Below are positions 61,287 to 64,000 of a stretch of 64,000 bases of DNA, in pieces. The stretch spans positions 12,473-76,472 of the forward strand of contig JBBAKX010000006.1 of the NCBI GenBank assembly GCA_040403315.1. The letters run 5' to 3'. The first letter of the stretch is position 1. Each line of letters opens with the position of its first letter. A program made the position numbers and the translations under genes. Origin of the DNA: Flavobacteriales bacterium. GTDB lineage: Bacteria > Bacteroidota > Bacteroidia > M30B66. The notes under the pieces are model-generated. The model did no database searches and had not been told where the DNA came from. It was given only the letters and a program-made list of their open reading frames with translations.

Positions 61287-62678
61287 TTAACCAAGATTTT
61301 TTAACTCATTTGCCAAACTGGTTAACGCTGATTTTGCATCACCAAAGAGCATACTCGTTTTACTGTTGTAAAATAAAGGATTATCGATTCCCGCATAACC
61401 AGCATTCATCGATCGCTTATTCACAATTACATGAGATGCTTGTTCTACTTCAAGAATTGGCATACCATAAATCGGGCTTGTTGGATCGTTCTTGGCTGCT
61501 GGATTCACAACATCGTTTGCTCCAACTATTAACACCACATCAGTCGACGAAAACTCAGGATTTATCTCCTCCATTTCTACCAACTTATCATAATCGACAG
61601 ACGATTCTGCCAAAAGCACATTCATGTGTCCAGGCATACGACCTGCAACAGGATGAATCGCATATTTTACTTCAACACCTCGACTCTGCAGCAGCAATTC
61701 GATCTCATGAATTACATGTTGCGCTTGTGCTACAGCCAATCCGTATCCAGGAACGATAATCACTTTTCGAGAATAGTTCATCAATACGGCGAGATCCGAA
61801 ATCTGGATATCCTTTACTGTTCCACCAGCAGCAGAATCGCTTGCACCAGAGCTTTTACCACCACCGAATGCACCAAAAATAACATTGCTGAGCGGCCTAT
61901 TCATAGCCTTACACATGATGATGGTGAGCAACGTTCCAGCCGATCCTACCAAAATACCACCGGTGAGCATCGCTTTGTTGTCGTAAAGAAATCCACCGCA
62001 AGCAGCTGCCAAGCCGGTAAATGAGTTTAATAAAGAAATCACAACTGGCATGTCGGCTCCACCGATTGGAATTACGAACATCACACCGTAAACTACGGAT
62101 AATGCAAGCAAGATGTAAAGATTCGCGCTGTTGTTTAGCTCTGGCACGATCGTCATTGCAACACCTAAACCGAGCACAATACCCATCATTAAAGTGTTGA
62201 TAATATTGTATTTAGGTAAACGAATTGCTTTATTCAAGCTTCCATTAAGCTTCACAAATGCGATAATACTTCCAGAAAATGAAACAGTTCCGATAATTAA
62301 CCCTGCCAAAACAGCAATGAGTGAACCTGTTTCGTGGCTTAAATTGGGGTATTCGATCAATGAAATCAGCGCTGCGCAAGCACCACCCATTCCGTTGAAA
62401 AGAGACACCAACTCAGGCATTTTGGTCATGGCTACTTTTCTCGCGGTAATCCAACCAGCGATGGTTCCAATCAATAACGCCAAACCGATTAGACCATAAA
62501 TGAGCATTGGCACTTCCTTCTCGTGAAGAAAGATGGTACCAAAAATTGCAACACCCATACCTGCAGCTGCAATAAGATTTCCTTGACGCGCAGATCGAGG
62601 GTTTCCCATCAACTTCAAGCCAAGTACAAAAGTTATTGATGCAATCAGATAACAGATTTCGAGTAATGAATCGATCAT
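61287..62678 (-). CDS. pntB: NAD(P) transhydrogenase subunit beta
   Basis: 463 aa. It has an N-terminal polytopic membrane domain and a C-terminal NADP(H)-binding dIII domain (…GYGLAVAQAQ…). Confidence 0.9.
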   Translation of the reverse strand: MIDSLLEICYLIASITFVLGLKLMGNPRSARQGNLIAAAGMGVAIFGTIFLHEKEVPMLIYGLIGLALLIGTIAGWITARKVAMTKMPELVSLFNGMGGACAALISLIEYPNLSHETGSLIAVLAGLIIGTVSFSGSIIAFVKLNGSLNKAIRLPKYNIINTLMMGIVLGLGVAMTIVPELNNSANLYILLALSVVYGVMFVIPIGGADMPVVISLLNSFTGLAAACGGFLYDNKAMLTGGILVGSAGTLLTIIMCKAMNRPLSNVIFGAFGGGKSSGASDSAAGGTVKDIQISDLAVLMNYSRKVIIVPGYGLAVAQAQHVIHEIELLLQSRGVEVKYAIHPVAGRMPGHMNVLLAESSVDYDKLVEMEEINPEFSSTDVVLIVGANDVVNPAAKNDPTSPIYGMPILEVEQASHVIVNKRSMNAGYAGIDNPLFYNSKTSMLFGDAKSALTSLANELKNLG

Positions 62679-62687
62679 GACAGGTCC

Positions 62688-63008
62688 TTATTTTTTCTTT
62701 TTAAACATTTCTAACATCCGATCGGTAACCACAAAACCACCAACCACATTGAGGGTTCCAAGCAAAACAGCGAGAAAACCTGTAATAAGTCCTGCATAAT
62801 CGTCTAATTGAAGATGCAACATCACATAAATGGCTCCTACAATCACCACTCCGTGGATAGCATTAGCTCCCGACATGAGTGGCGTGTGGATAACGGTGGG
62901 TACATTCCCGATAACTTCAACTCCGACAAAAATCGATAGCACGATGAAGTAAATAAGGTTGATGTGTTCTGCAATAAAGAGCGATAGAGCTTCCATAAAA
63001 TTGATCAA
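62688..63008 (-). CDS. pntAB: NAD(P) transhydrogenase subunit alpha part 2 (membrane dII alpha segment)
   Basis: This 106-aa product has 3-4 TM helices and lies between pntAA and pntB. Confidence 0.8.
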   Translation of the reverse strand: MINFMEALSLFIAEHINLIYFIVLSIFVGVEVIGNVPTVIHTPLMSGANAIHGVVIVGAIYVMLHLQLDDYAGLITGFLAVLLGTLNVVGGFVVTDRMLEMFKKKK

Positions 63009-64000
63009 ACGATAGATGAAACACTTGCATGCACAGCTTTACCTTCGTGCACTATAAGGGATCCTTTGGTGATCTCTTCTTCAAGATCCCAATAAAATTT
63101 GTCTTTGTCGGCCAAATGCAGCAAGAATGTTGAGATGTTTTTTGCATACAACTGACTGGCATTTAATGGCAATAAGGATGGTAAATTGGATTCACCAATG
63201 ATGATAATTCCTTCTTTGGTTACTGTTTTATTGAGTTCGCTGAGTTCACAGTTTCCACCTTGTTCAACAGCCATATCAACAATCACAGAGCCAGTTTTCA
63301 TGCCTTTCACCATTTCCGCAGTGAGCAGTATTGGTGCCTTTTTGCCCGGAATGAGTGCTGTGGTGATTACGATATCAGCTTCGCGCACATGTTTGGTGAT
63401 CAACTCTTGTTGTTTCTTTAGGAAATCGGCAGACACTTCCTTCACGTAACCACCTTCGGTTTTCATACTGTCGTCGCCTTTTAATTCGATGAACTTAGCG
63501 CCTAACGACTCTACTTGCTCTTTCGTTTCAGGTCGAATATCGCTAACTTCAACGATGGCTCCTAAACGTTTGGCTGTGGCGATGGCCTGCAAACCTGCAA
63601 CACCAGCTCCCATAATTACGATTCGTGCAGGTTTTACCGTTCCGGCTGCAGTCATCAACAAAGGAAAAATCTTCCCCAAAGCATTGGCAGCGAGCAAAAC
63701 AGTTTTATATCCAGCAAGATTGCTCTGAGAACTTAAGGCATCCATTTTTTGCGCACGAGAAATTCGTGGTATAGCATCAACAGAAAAAGCTGTAATACCG
63801 GCTTCCATGCATGCTTTTACAACATCGTGCGAAACTGCCGCATACAAGAAACTAATGAGAATGCTACCCTGTTTCATTTTACTGATATCAGTAGGATCGG
63901 GCGCGTTTACTTGTAAAACTACATCGGCTTGATTGTAAAGGGCATTGCGATCAGCAACCATTTCAGCTCCAACTGCAGAATATTCTGCATCAAGAAGATA
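63005..64000 (-). CDS. pntAA: NAD(P) transhydrogenase subunit alpha part 1 (dI, NAD(H)-binding); the N-terminus lies beyond the window end
   Basis: It has an alanine-dehydrogenase-like Rossmann domain (IVIMGAGVAGLQAIATAKRLGA). The ORF is open to the window edge. Confidence 0.85.
   Translation of the reverse strand, partial: YLLDAEYSAVGAEMVADRNALYNQADVVLQVNAPDPTDISKMKQGSILISFLYAAVSHDVVKACMEAGITAFSVDAIPRISRAQKMDALSSQSNLAGYKTVLLAANALGKIFPLLMTAAGTVKPARIVIMGAGVAGLQAIATAKRLGAIVEVSDIRPETKEQVESLGAKFIELKGDDSMKTEGGYVKEVSADFLKKQQELITKHVREADIVITTALIPGKKAPILLTAEMVKGMKTGSVIVDMAVEQGGNCELSELNKTVTKEGIIIIGESNLPSLLPLNASQLYAKNISTFLLHLADKDKFYWDLEEEITKGSLIVHEGKAVHASVSSIV

Overview
The window is a core chromosomal segment of a Bacteroidota (Sphingobacteriia/Cytophagia-like) genome. 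The assignment rests on moderate AT-richness, frequent TTG start codons, candidate TAnnTTTG -7 promoter elements, and Bacteroidota-typical DUF families (DUF3127, DUF5916, DUF4835, four-helix-bundle protein). I call about 56 protein-coding genes, almost all housekeeping. They include pnp, rpsO, accD, gyrA, clpC, fabI, recN, dinB, alaS, ligA, dapA, glmM, gpsA, a cysteine desulfurase, etfBA, a thiolase, coaBC, rpoZ, bamD, pntAA/AB/B, and an alpha-oxoamine synthase that looks like serine palmitoyltransferase. No rRNA, tRNA, CRISPR array, transposase, integrase or phage genes are evident, and no multi-gene defence or secretion island is evident.

The features not explained by routine annotation are:
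- a ~310-bp imperfect tandem duplication (about 88% identity) filling the 735-bp yjbR/dinB intergenic region, non-coding and carrying a GGGAAGCTTCCC palindrome;
- a two-gene operon of membrane-anchored FHA-domain proteins (signal peptide + vWA-like ectodomain + TM + FHA, then FHA + C-terminal tail anchor) with no adjacent Hanks kinase or PP2C phosphatase;
- a CPBP/Abi-type intramembrane protease gene split by an in-frame TAA next to A9/A9 homopolymer tracts;
- a phasin-like gene translationally coupled (cTTGA) to a UbiB/ABC1 atypical kinase in what appears to be a menaquinone-type organism;
- a Upf1-like SF1 helicase with an uncharacterised N-terminal domain;
- an AlbA_2 (Schlafen-like) DNA-binding gene;
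- several good rho-independent terminators and candidate Bacteroidota-type promoters.

Every functional call comes from reading motifs in the translations by eye. No database search was run.
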